In this document: in pieces, positions 16,650-25,612 of the stretch
Layout of the letters: each line of letters starts with the position of its first letter
How positions within the stretch are numbered: position 1 is the stretch's first letter
From: Deltaproteobacteria bacterium
GTDB taxonomy: Bacteria; Myxococcota; Myxococcia; Myxococcales; 40CM-4-68-19
Direction: 5' to 3'
DNA: 29,248 bases
Assembly: GCA_018266095.1 (NCBI GenBank)
Contig: JAFEBC010000100.1
Span: 1-29,248 of the forward strand
Position numbers and translations under genes: made by a program
The notes under the pieces: generated by a model
What the model saw: only the letters and a program-made list of their open reading frames with translations
The model's database searches: none
Told to the model about the DNA's origin: nothing

Positions 16650-17102
16650 ATGTCTGTTGGACGCGCGCGATCGCTGTGGACCTCGCTCGCGCTGGTGCTG
16701 GCCTCGGCGATGTCGTGCTCGAGCGGCGACTCCTCGGCGGATCCGGGCCTGTGCGAGGGTGTGGTCTGCGCGGCGCAGGACGCCTGCCACGCCGCGGGCG
16801 TCTGCGATGGCTCGACGGGCGAGTGCACGAACCCCGTGGTCCGCGACGGCACGGCCTGCGACGACGGCAGCGCGTGCACCCGCGACGACACCTGCCAGGC
16901 GGGCGTGTGCACGGGCGGGGACCCGGTGGTGTGCACGGCGCAGGATCAGTGCCACGGCGTCGGCGTGTGCGATCGCGACACGGGCGCGTGCTCGGACCCG
17001 GCGCTCGACGACGGTTCAGCCTGCGACGACGGGGATCCCTGCACGCAGGGAGACACGTGCCAGGCGGGCGTCTGCACAGGGGGAAGTCGCGTCTGCCCCT
17101 GA
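16650..17102 (+). CDS. Small Cys-rich repeat lipoprotein (150 aa; two ~55-aa repeats, CDDG..CT..D.CQAGVCTGG type)
   Basis: ATG 16650 after GAGG; lipobox-like LASAMS-C; repeats VVC.AQD.CH..GVCD..TG.C..P...DG.ACDDG..CT..DTCQAGVCTGG. Confidence 0.75.
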   Translation: MSVGRARSLWTSLALVLASAMSCSSGDSSADPGLCEGVVCAAQDACHAAGVCDGSTGECTNPVVRDGTACDDGSACTRDDTCQAGVCTGGDPVVCTAQDQCHGVGVCDRDTGACSDPALDDGSACDDGDPCTQGDTCQAGVCTGGSRVCP

Positions 17103-17130
17103 GGGCGGCAGAGGGCCTGGAACCGCGTCC

Positions 17131-18339
17131 CTACCAGCGCCGCGTGACCGTGTAGCCCTTGGCCGTCAACGCCTGCGTCAGCTCTTGCACGTGGGCCATG
17201 CCGCGCGTCTCCAGCGTCAGGTCCAGCTCGGTGTCGCCCAGGCGGGTGACGGCGCGGTTGTGGTGCACCTCCAGCACGTTGGCGCGGCTGTCGGCGACGG
17301 TGCCCAAGACGGCCGCGAGCGCGCCGGGGCGATCGTTGATCTTGAGCGTCAGCATCACGCGGCGGCCCTCCTTGATCAGGCCCTGCTCGATGATGCGGGC
17401 GACCAGGTTCACGTCGATGTTGCCGCCGGAGATGACGCAGACGACGTTGGTGTTGGGCGTGAGGCCCGGGACGCGCTTCTGGATGAGGGCCGCGGCGGAC
17501 GCTGCGCCGGCGCCCTCGGCCACGGTCTTCTCGCGCTCGATGAGCAAGAGGATGGCGTTGGCGACCTCCTCGTCGTCGACGGCGACGATGTCGTCCACGT
17601 ACTTCTCGAAGAGCGGCAGCGTGCGCTCACCCGCGCGCTTGACCGCGATGCCGTCGGCGATGGTGGTGGCGGGCGCGAGCGTGACCAGCTTGCCGGCGTC
17701 GCGGGCGGCCTTCATCTTGGGCAGCGCCGCGCTCTCGACGCCGACGATGCGCACCGAGGGCTTGAGCGACTTGAGCGCCACGGCCATGCCGCCGAGCCAG
17801 CCGCCGCCGCCGATGCTGCCCACGACCACGTCCACGTCGGGGACCTGCTCGAGGATCTCCAGGCCGCACGTGCCCTGCCCTGCAATCACGGCGTCGTCGT
17901 CGAAGGCGTGGATGAAGACGTAGCCCTTCTCGGCCTCCAGGCGGCGCGCCTCCGCGAAGGCGTCCTCGACCGATTGGCCGTGCAGGATGACCTCGGCGCC
18001 GAAGCTCTTGGTCGACTGGACCTTGATGAGCGGCGTGGCCGTGGGCATGACGATGGTGGCCTTGATGCCCAGGCGCTGCGCGTTCACGGCCACGCCTTGC
18101 GCGTGGTTTCCGGCGCTGGCGGCCACCACGCCGCGGGCCTTCTCGGCCTCGGTGAGCAGCATCATGCGGTTGGCCGCGCCGCGCTCCTTGAAGCTGCCGG
18201 TGCGCTGGAGGTTCTCGAGCTTGAAGTAGATGCGCGCGCCGCAGAGCTCGCTGAAGGGCTCCGAGAGCGGGCACGGGGTGATCTGGATCTTGGACTGGAT
18301 GCGCGCGCGGGCGGCGCGGATGTCGTCGAGCGTGACCAT
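17131..18339 (-). CDS. ilvA: Threonine ammonia-lyase (PLP-dependent, single C-terminal ACT domain; IlvA/TdcB family)
   Basis: LENLQRTGSFKERGA (PLP Lys), ASAGNHAQGVA, IGGGGWLGG, VEGAGAA-type EKTVAEGAGAAS, VISGGNID, ACT DRPGAL; 402 aa. Confidence 0.93.
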   Translation of the reverse strand: MVTLDDIRAARARIQSKIQITPCPLSEPFSELCGARIYFKLENLQRTGSFKERGAANRMMLLTEAEKARGVVAASAGNHAQGVAVNAQRLGIKATIVMPTATPLIKVQSTKSFGAEVILHGQSVEDAFAEARRLEAEKGYVFIHAFDDDAVIAGQGTCGLEILEQVPDVDVVVGSIGGGGWLGGMAVALKSLKPSVRIVGVESAALPKMKAARDAGKLVTLAPATTIADGIAVKRAGERTLPLFEKYVDDIVAVDDEEVANAILLLIEREKTVAEGAGAASAAALIQKRVPGLTPNTNVVCVISGGNIDVNLVARIIEQGLIKEGRRVMLTLKINDRPGALAAVLGTVADSRANVLEVHHNRAVTRLGDTELDLTLETRGMAHVQELTQALTAKGYTVTRRW

Positions 18340-18403
18340 GAGGCGGCACGGTGGCGCTGCCAGGCGCGTGGGGTCAAGACCCGGTGTGCCAAGACGGCGG
18401 CGC

Positions 18404-18412
18404 GGGGGGGGG
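18404..18412. repeat. G9 homopolymer in the divergent ilvA/diguanylate-cyclase intergenic region
   Basis: CGC-GGGGGGGGG-CC read directly. Confidence 0.9.
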
Positions 18413-18464
18413 CCGGTGTGCGTTCTGGCCCGAGTCGCGCGCGCTCGTGCGCTATGGTGTCTGG

Positions 18465-20036
18465 ATGCCCTTGGGCTGGAAACGCACCGCCTCCGGAGCG
18501 GCGCTGGCGAGCCTGCTCGTCGGGGGCGTGCTCGTCCTCTGGGTGCTGCTGGCGCAGCGGGCGCGCGACGACGAGCGCTGGGTGTCGCACTCGCTGCAGG
18601 TCAGGCTGTCGGCGAGCGAGCTCATCCTGCACTTGAAGGACGCGGAGTCGAACTACCGCGGCTATCTGCTCATCGGCACGCCGGACCTCGCGCAGCGCTA
18701 CTTCGAGACCGAGGTGGACACGCGCAAGGCGATGGCCGGGCTGCAGGAGCTGATGGGCCGCGGCGAGCCGGTGGACCCCGCCCGGCTCAAGAAGCTCGAC
18801 GAGGGCGTGACGGCGGAGCTGGCGCTGATGCACGCGGCGGTGATGCAGAAGCAGCAGAACGAGTTCGAAGCGCTGATGAAGGAGCTGCAGGCGGGGACGG
18901 CGCGGCAGAAGATGGCCCTGGTGCGCGAGGTGATGGGCGAGCTCGACGGCGCGCAGCAGGCCCTCATGGCGCAGCGCGAGGAGCGGGCGCGCAGGAGCGT
19001 CGAGCGGGTGACCGTGTTGACGCTCCTCGGCCTCTTCCTGGCGGCGGGCGCGGCCATCTTCTCGGCGACGGTGGCGTGGCAGAACCGGCAGGCGCGCGAG
19101 CAGGTCACCGAGGAGCTGCGGCAGAAGACGGAGCTGCTCTCCAGCGTGCTCGACGGCATGGGTGATGGCTGCATGGTGATGGACGCGCAGCGCAAGCTCA
19201 TCCTCATGAACCCGGCGGCGCGGCGCATCTTCGGTGAGGCGCTGGGGAGCGAGCTGCCCGCCGATTGGCCGACGCAGTTGCGCGCGTACAAGCCCGACAA
19301 GACGACGCTCTACGCGCCCGAGGAGGGCCCGCTCACGCGCGCGACGCAGGGGCATCCGGCCGACGGCGCGGTGATGTTCCTGCGCACGCCGCACAAGCCC
19401 GAGGGCGTGTGGATCAGCGTCACCGCGCGGCCGCTGCGCGACAAGAAGGGCGCGGTGATCGCGGGCGTGTCCGTGCTGCGCGACGTGACCGCGGAGAAGC
19501 GGGCCGAGGAGCAGCTCACCGCGCAGGCCGACCGGCTGCGGGCCATCGCGCAGGTGGATGAGCTCACGGGCCTGTGCAACCGGCGGGGGTTCCTCACGCT
19601 CGCCTCGCAGCGGCTGGAGCTGGCGCGGCGGCAGAAGACGCCGGTGGCGGTGCTGTTCGCGGACCTGGATGGGCTCAAGCAGATCAACGACACGCTCGGC
19701 CACGAGGCGGGCGACGCGGCCTTGAAGGACATCGCGCAGGTGCTCAAGAAGTCGCTGCGCGAGGGCGACGTGCTGGCGCGGCTGGGCGGAGACGAGTTCG
19801 CGGCGCTGGTGACGCAGGCCACGGCCGAGGAGCTGCCGTTCATCGAGCGGCGCCTCGTGCAGACGGCGGAGAACCTCGATGGCAAGGATGGCCGCAAGTA
19901 CAAGCTGCGCGCGAGCGTGGGGTTTGCGGCGTGGGACCCGCGCGTGGAGCTGGAGCGGCCGGACATCGAGGCGATGATCGCGATGGCGGATGAGCGGATG
20001 TACGCGCAGAAAAAGGGGAAGAAGGCGGCGGGGTAG
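18465..20036 (+). CDS. Membrane diguanylate cyclase, CHASE3-PAS-GGDEF (~523 aa)
   Basis: Two TM helices flank a CHASE3-like segment (WVSHSLQV...LKDAESNYRGYLL); PAS (VLDGMGDG...MNPAARRIFG); DELTGLCNRR, DLDGLKQINDTLGHEAGD, I-site REGD five residues before GGDEF. Confidence 0.93.
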   Translation: MPLGWKRTASGAALASLLVGGVLVLWVLLAQRARDDERWVSHSLQVRLSASELILHLKDAESNYRGYLLIGTPDLAQRYFETEVDTRKAMAGLQELMGRGEPVDPARLKKLDEGVTAELALMHAAVMQKQQNEFEALMKELQAGTARQKMALVREVMGELDGAQQALMAQREERARRSVERVTVLTLLGLFLAAGAAIFSATVAWQNRQAREQVTEELRQKTELLSSVLDGMGDGCMVMDAQRKLILMNPAARRIFGEALGSELPADWPTQLRAYKPDKTTLYAPEEGPLTRATQGHPADGAVMFLRTPHKPEGVWISVTARPLRDKKGAVIAGVSVLRDVTAEKRAEEQLTAQADRLRAIAQVDELTGLCNRRGFLTLASQRLELARRQKTPVAVLFADLDGLKQINDTLGHEAGDAALKDIAQVLKKSLREGDVLARLGGDEFAALVTQATAEELPFIERRLVQTAENLDGKDGRKYKLRASVGFAAWDPRVELERPDIEAMIAMADERMYAQKKGKKAAG

Positions 20037-20050
20037 CAGCAACGACAACT

Positions 20051-20187
20051 GCTTCACAGGAAGGAAAGAAGGAAGGGGTTCCGGCCTTGGAGCAGCGACG
20101 GACGCCCTGTGAAAAGCGACGACGGGGAGATGGATCTCTTGAAGGATTCCTAGGGCGACACCCTTCCTTCTTTCCTTCCTGTGAAGC
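20051..20187. mobile_element. 137-bp MITE/REP-like element with perfect 27-bp terminal inverted repeats
   Basis: GCTTCACAGGAAGGAAAGAAGGAAGGG (20051-20077) is the exact reverse complement of CCCTTCCTTCTTTCCTTCCTGTGAAGC (20161-20187); 83-nt spacer; lies between convergent genes. Mobility is inferred, and no target-site duplication was seen. Confidence 0.65.
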
Positions 20188-20201
20188 TCTTGCTGTTTTC
20201 T

Positions 20202-23200
20202 CTAACGAACGCTCGCGACCTTCTCGCCGAAGAGCCGGTCCACCGCGGCCAAGAGATCATCATCGGGCGCGACCTTGAACGCCTTGAGCGCGAGCTTCGT
20301 CTCCGCCACGCCCGGCTGCACGAGGATGAGCTGCGCTGAGCACAGGCCCGGGTGCTTCACGAAGAGCCCCTTGAGCTCGCCCAGCTTCTCCGGCGTGGCC
20401 GCGTCCGCGTTCACGCGCAGCTCGACCTTGCTGGCCTTGGCGGCGCGCACGTCTGCGAGCTTCTGCACCTCGTCGACCTTGATCTCCGGCTCGGGATCGC
20501 TCGCGGCCTCCTGGTTCGCGTCCGCGCCGAACTTCTCGGCCAGGCGCACCATGCCCTTCACCAGCACCGGGTCGTCGCCCTTGAGCAGCGTCTCGAACTT
20601 CTGCACCACGTCGTCGTACATGACGAGGTTGCGCGCGCCCGTGAGGTCCTCGAGCACCGCGAAGGCGATCTTCTTGCCCGTCTTGGTGAGCCGCTCGCGC
20701 CAGCCGGTGACGATGCCGCACACGCCCACCTTCTCGAAGCCCTTGGCCACCGCCAGGGACGCGCAGGTGTGCGTCGCGTAGCGCTTCACGTCGGCCTCGT
20801 AGCGCGCGAGCGGGTGGCCGGTGATGTAGAAGCCGATCGCCTCCTTCTCCTTCGCGAGCCGGTCGCGCTCGGGCCACTCTTCCTTGCCGAACACGCGCTC
20901 TTCCGGAGGCGGCGGCGCGGCGCTTAAGCTGGACTTCTTCACCGGCGCGCCGAAGAGGCCGAACTGGCCCGAGTCGCGATCCTTCTGCGCCGACGAGCCG
21001 GCGGCCAGCGCGGGCTCGATCGCGTCCCACAGGGCCTTGCGCGGCTTGCCCATGAAGTCGAACGCGCCCGCGGCCACCAGCGCTTCCACCGTCTTGCGGT
21101 TGAGCTTCTTCGAATCGATTCGGCTACAGAAATCGAACAGCCCTCGGAACGGCGCCTTGGGAAGCTGCGCGCCCGCCTTGTCCTTGGGCTCGCGCACCAC
21201 CAGGATGGCGTCGATCGAGTTCTCGCCCACGCCCTTGATGGCCCCGAGGCCGAAGCGAATCAGGTTCGCGGCCTGCTTGGTGCCGCGCTTGGCGTTCGGG
21301 TTGTACGCCGGGTTCGGCGCGACGCCGAAGGCCAGGTCCGAGTCGTTCACGTCGGGCTGCAGCACCACGATGCCGTCCGCGCGCGCCTCGGCGATGTGCG
21401 CGACCACCTTGTCGGTGTTGTCCTTCTCGCTCGTGAGCAGCGCGGCCATGAACTCGACCGGGAAGTGCGCCTTGAGCCACGCGGTTTGATAAGTAATCAA
21501 GCCGTATGCGGCCGAGTGCGACTTGTTGAAGCCGTACTCCGCGAACTTCTCCATCAAGTCGAAGATGTCGTTGGCGACCTTGGGATCGACGCCGCCCTTC
21601 TCGCAGCCCTCGAGGAAGCCCGAGCGTTCCTTGGCCATGACCTCGGCCTTCTTCTTGCCCATCGCGCGGCGCAAGAGGTCTGCGCGGCCGAGCGAGTAGC
21701 CGCCCAAGACCTGCGCGATCTGCATGACCTGCTCTTGGTAGACGATGACGCCGTACGTGTCCTTGAGGATGCCCTCGAGCCTCGGGTGCGGATACGTCAC
21801 GCGCTCGCGGCCGTGCTTGCGGTTGATGAACACGTCGACCATGCCCGAGTCGAGCGGGCCCGGGCGGTAGAGCGCGCCGGCGGCGATGATGTCCTCGAAC
21901 ACGCTGGGCTTGAGCTTCTTCACCATCTCGGTGAAGCCCGACGACTCCATCTGGAACACGCCGGCCGTGTCGCCGCGCGAGATGAGCTCGTAGACCTTCT
22001 TGTCGTCGAGCGGCAAGAGCGTGATGTCGATCTGCTGATCGGCCGCGCGGCCGCGGTTGGCGAGCTTGACCGCGTCGCTGATGACGGTGAGCGTCTTGAG
22101 GCCGAGGAAGTCGAACTTGATGAGGCCCGCGAGCTCGACCTCGTCCTTTGCGAATTGCGTGACCAACTCGCCGTTCTGTCCACGGCAGAGCGGCACGTAC
22201 TCCCACAGCGGCTTCTCGCCGATGACCACGCCGGCCGCGTGCATGCCGGTCGAGCGCGTCAGGCCCTCGAGCGCGCGCGCGAAGTCGATGATGGTCTTGA
22301 AGATCGGCTTCGACTCCTGGATGGCCGTGAGCTTGGGCTCGGCCGCGAGCGCGCCGTCGATGGTGGGCGGGTGGCCGTCGATGAGCGCGGGGATGTTGCG
22401 CGTGAGCTCGTTCACCTCGGCGAAGGGCAGGCCCATGACGCGGGCCACGTCCTTGATGGCGCTCTTGGCCGAGAGCGCGCCGTAGGTCACGATCTGCGCG
22501 ACGTTGTCCTTTCCGTACTTATTGGTAACGTATTCGATCACCTCGCCGCGGCGGTCCTGGCAGAAGTCGACGTCGAAGTCCGGCATCGAGACGCGCTCGG
22601 GATTCAAGAAGCGCTCGAAGAGCAGGTTGTACGGCAGCGGGTCGATGTCGGTGATGCGCAGCGAGTACGCGACGAGCGATCCTGCGCCCGAGCCGCGGCC
22701 CGGCCCGACGGGGATGCCGTGCTTCTTGGCCCAGTTGATGAAGTCGGCCACGATGAGGAAGTAGCCCGAGAACTGCATCTTCATGATCACGCCGAGCTCG
22801 AGCTCGAGGCGCTCGCGGTACTCGTCGGGCTTGATCTTGTCGAGGTACTTGAGCTCCTTGAAGCGCTGATCGAGGCCCTTGCGCGCGCTCTGCGCCATGA
22901 AGGTGTCGAGCGACTCTCCTTCGGGCACCTGGTATTTCGGTAGGAATTTCGACTTGAGGTCGATCTCGACGTTGCAGCGCTGCGCGATGAGCCAGGAGTT
23001 GTGCACGGCCTCGCGCCACTCGCCGCCCACGCCGGTCACGCCCTCGACCACGTTGACCATCTCGTCGGGGCTCTTGATGTAGAGCTCCTCCGTCTCGTGG
23101 CGCAGGCGCTTCGGGTCGTCGAAGGTGCGGCCCGAGGCGATGGCCATCAGCACCTCGTGCGCCTTCGCGTCCGACTTGCCGACGTAGTGGCTGTCGGCGG

Positions 23201-23804
23201 TGGCGACGAGCGGGATCCCTTCGTCGCGCGAGATCTCGCAGAGGCCGTGGTTGACCGGCAGTTGCTCCTTGAGCGCGTTCGACTGGATCTCGAGGTAGAG
23301 CCGGTCGCCGAAGATCTGCTTGAGCTCGCGCGTCTCGCGGCGGGCCTCGTCCATGTCGCCGCGGCGGATGGCCTTGGGCACCGCGCCGGCCATGCAGGCG
23401 GTCAGCGCGATGATGCCCTCGTTGTGCGAGTTGAGCAGCTCCTTGTCGATGCGCGGGTCGTAGTAGAAGCCCTCGGTGAAGGCCTTGGTAGACAAATAGC
23501 GCAGGTTTTTGTAGCCGATGTCGTTCTGCGCCAGCAGCACCAGGTGGTTGCCGATGCGCTGCGACTTGTCCGCGCGCCCCTTGTCGCCCGCGACGTAGGC
23601 CTCGAAGCCGATGATGGGCTTGATGCCGTTCTTCTTGGCCTCTTGGTAGAAGTTGACCACGCCGAACATGTTGCCGTGATCGGTGACGGCGACGGACTTC
23701 ATGCCGGTGGCGGCGCACGTCTTCATGAGATCGGGCAGGCGGATGGCGCCGTCGAGGAGCGAGTAGAGCGTGTGCAGATGGAGATGCGTGAAGTCGGCAG
23801 GCAT
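20202..23804 (-). CDS. dnaE: DNA polymerase III alpha subunit (~1200 aa)
   Basis: MPADFTHLHLHTLYSLLDGA, TDHGNMFG (PHP domain), GPGRGSGAGS, FERFLNPERVSMPDFDVDF, HAAGVVI, KFDFLGLKTL, YGFNKSHSAAY, OB-fold end. No intein motifs seen. Confidence 0.98.
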   Translation of the reverse strand: MPADFTHLHLHTLYSLLDGAIRLPDLMKTCAATGMKSVAVTDHGNMFGVVNFYQEAKKNGIKPIIGFEAYVAGDKGRADKSQRIGNHLVLLAQNDIGYKNLRYLSTKAFTEGFYYDPRIDKELLNSHNEGIIALTACMAGAVPKAIRRGDMDEARRETRELKQIFGDRLYLEIQSNALKEQLPVNHGLCEISRDEGIPLVATADSHYVGKSDAKAHEVLMAIASGRTFDDPKRLRHETEELYIKSPDEMVNVVEGVTGVGGEWREAVHNSWLIAQRCNVEIDLKSKFLPKYQVPEGESLDTFMAQSARKGLDQRFKELKYLDKIKPDEYRERLELELGVIMKMQFSGYFLIVADFINWAKKHGIPVGPGRGSGAGSLVAYSLRITDIDPLPYNLLFERFLNPERVSMPDFDVDFCQDRRGEVIEYVTNKYGKDNVAQIVTYGALSAKSAIKDVARVMGLPFAEVNELTRNIPALIDGHPPTIDGALAAEPKLTAIQESKPIFKTIIDFARALEGLTRSTGMHAAGVVIGEKPLWEYVPLCRGQNGELVTQFAKDEVELAGLIKFDFLGLKTLTVISDAVKLANRGRAADQQIDITLLPLDDKKVYELISRGDTAGVFQMESSGFTEMVKKLKPSVFEDIIAAGALYRPGPLDSGMVDVFINRKHGRERVTYPHPRLEGILKDTYGVIVYQEQVMQIAQVLGGYSLGRADLLRRAMGKKKAEVMAKERSGFLEGCEKGGVDPKVANDIFDLMEKFAEYGFNKSHSAAYGLITYQTAWLKAHFPVEFMAALLTSEKDNTDKVVAHIAEARADGIVVLQPDVNDSDLAFGVAPNPAYNPNAKRGTKQAANLIRFGLGAIKGVGENSIDAILVVREPKDKAGAQLPKAPFRGLFDFCSRIDSKKLNRKTVEALVAAGAFDFMGKPRKALWDAIEPALAAGSSAQKDRDSGQFGLFGAPVKKSSLSAAPPPPEERVFGKEEWPERDRLAKEKEAIGFYITGHPLARYEADVKRYATHTCASLAVAKGFEKVGVCGIVTGWRERLTKTGKKIAFAVLEDLTGARNLVMYDDVVQKFETLLKGDDPVLVKGMVRLAEKFGADANQEAASDPEPEIKVDEVQKLADVRAAKASKVELRVNADAATPEKLGELKGLFVKHPGLCSAQLILVQPGVAETKLALKAFKVAPDDDLLAAVDRLFGEKVASVR

Positions 23805-24172
23805 GGCGGGTGTTGTGCTTCGCGCGGGCGCGCAGATCAAGCCTTGACTTGTGGCTGCGCGGTCGCGTGGGGCTTCGATTGGGACTCCGCGGTCCCGAGG
23901 CGTGGGGAGGGTTGCGCCCTCCGGGAGGCCTGCGGCTTGGGCCGGCACCTCGCGTCCGCGAGGTGCTGGAGCTCCGGACTACGCCTTGATGTGCCGCGCC
24001 TCAGTCGGGCGCAATCCCTCCCCACGCCCCGGGACCGCTCTTGGATCCATTGGAAAGGGCGACGCGGGCGCACGTGCAACGGCCGGCTCGCTCTGCGCTC
24101 TTGCGACGCGTACGGGGAGAACGACGGGGCCTGCCGACTTCACGCATCTCCACCTGCCCACGGCCCTCGACG
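23769..24172. repeat. Long imperfect palindrome (inverted duplication) including the 5' end of dnaE
   Basis: Central GCACCTCGCG-TC-CGCGAGGTGC (23945-23966); arms 23889-23919/24007-24038 differ by 1 substitution and 1 indel; arms 23769-23801/24130-24162 are 31/33 identical. Confidence 0.9.
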
Positions 24173-24222
24173 CCGAGTCCGCTGAGGGAGGCCGGTGGAA
24201 AGGCGCAGTGTCCGCTTGCGGC

Positions 24223-25128
24223 TCAGCCCAACAGCTCTCGCAGCGCTCCTTCCACTTCCGGGAACTTGAACGCGAACCCCGCCGCTTGCAGCTTCTCCGG
24301 GATCACCCGCTGGCTCGCCAGCACCGCGTCCGCGAACTCCCCGACAGCCAGTCGCACGGCGAGCGCAGGCACCCGGGCGATGCTGGGGCGATGCAGCACC
24401 TTGCCGAGCGCCTTCGCGAACTCATTCATGTTCACGATGCCGGGCGCGGCGGCGTTCACGGGGCCCGCGAGCGTCGCGTGGTCCAGGAGGAAGAGACACA
24501 GCGCGATCTCGTCGGCGAGGTGGATCCAGGGGAACCACTGCTTGCCGTCGCCCAGCGGGCCGCCGACGAAGGCCTTGAAGGGCGGGAGCATCTTGGCGAG
24601 CGCGCCGCCCTCGGGGGCGAGGACGACGCCGGTGCGCAGTTGGATGGTGCGGACGCCGAGGGCCGCGGCGGGCCCGGCGGCGGCCTCCCATTGCTGGCAG
24701 ACGGTGGCGAGGAAGTCCTTGCCGGGCGCGCCGGATTCGTCGAGGCGGGTGTCGCCCTGCGAGCCGTAGTAGCCGACGGCGCTCGCGGAGAGGAAGACGC
24801 GCGGGCGCTTGGTGGCGGCGCGGAGGGCTTCGACGCAGGCGCCGGTGCTGTCGAGGCGGCTCGCGAGGATGCGGCGCTTGAACTCGGGGTCCCAGCGCTG
24901 GTCGCCCACGTTGAGGCCGGCCATGTTGACGAGGGCATCGGCGCCGTCGACTTCGCGGGACCAGTCGCCCTGCGTCTTGCCGTCCCAGAGCACGAGGCGC
25001 GCGCCGCGGGTCCACTCGGCCTGCGCGGGCTTGCGGGCGAGGGCGACGACCTCGTCTCCGCGGGCGACGAGCGCCTGAACCAGTTCCTTGCCGACGAGGC
25101 CGTTGGCGCCACCGATGACGACTTTCAT
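24223..25128 (-). CDS. TIGR01777-family NAD(P)-binding epimerase/oxidoreductase (YfcH-like), ~301 aa
   Basis: MKVVIGGANGLVGKEL Rossmann motif, LVNMAG, SASAVGYYG, LRTGVVL, GPLGDGKQWFPWIH, GPVNAAAP, SQRVIPEKL..AGFAFKFP. Confidence 0.92.
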   Translation of the reverse strand: MKVVIGGANGLVGKELVQALVARGDEVVALARKPAQAEWTRGARLVLWDGKTQGDWSREVDGADALVNMAGLNVGDQRWDPEFKRRILASRLDSTGACVEALRAATKRPRVFLSASAVGYYGSQGDTRLDESGAPGKDFLATVCQQWEAAAGPAAALGVRTIQLRTGVVLAPEGGALAKMLPPFKAFVGGPLGDGKQWFPWIHLADEIALCLFLLDHATLAGPVNAAAPGIVNMNEFAKALGKVLHRPSIARVPALAVRLAVGEFADAVLASQRVIPEKLQAAGFAFKFPEVEGALRELLG

Positions 25129-25219
25129 GCGCCGTGCGTAACAGATGAGCGCCCGACGCGCGACCGGTGCGACGCAAAGCCCTCCCCGCGGCCCGCGGCG
25201 CGCGTGTATGTTCCGCGGC

Positions 25220-25582
25220 ATGAACGAGCTGTGTTGGATTTCCCTTCAAGTTCAGGACGTGGAGCAGTCGCGGTATTTCTGGCGCGATGTGGTCGGCCTG
25301 CCCGAGAAGGCCGCGGCCACGGACTTCGTCGAGCTCGAGCTGCGGCCGGGCCTGCACCTGCAGTTGCACCCGGTGTTCCACTCGCCCGCGATGGAGCGCT
25401 CCGGCTACGATCGCGGCGGGCCGATGCTCGGCATCCGCGTGATGGACCTCGAGCAGATGACGAGCCTGCTCTCGCGGCACGGCGCGCGTCCGCTGGGCGA
25501 CGTGCAGCACATCCCGGGCGGGCGCTCGCGCGACATGGAGGACCCGGACGGGTACGTGTTCGAGCTGGTGGAGAAGCGCTAG
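25220..25582 (+). CDS. VOC (glyoxalase/bleomycin-resistance) family protein, 120 aa
   Basis: ISLQVQDVEQSRYFWRDVVGL...MEDPDGYVFELVE; ATG 25220 follows a TATGTT hexamer. Confidence 0.88.
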   Translation: MNELCWISLQVQDVEQSRYFWRDVVGLPEKAAATDFVELELRPGLHLQLHPVFHSPAMERSGYDRGGPMLGIRVMDLEQMTSLLSRHGARPLGDVQHIPGGRSRDMEDPDGYVFELVEKR

Positions 25583-25612
25583 CGATCTGCTCTCGAGGGA
25601 GGCGACGAGCCG

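Noticed and set aside
20202-23804. Intein in dnaE
   Set aside because: Length is normal, with no C/S...HN-C/S/T splice motifs or LAGLIDADG blocks; only short loop insertions.
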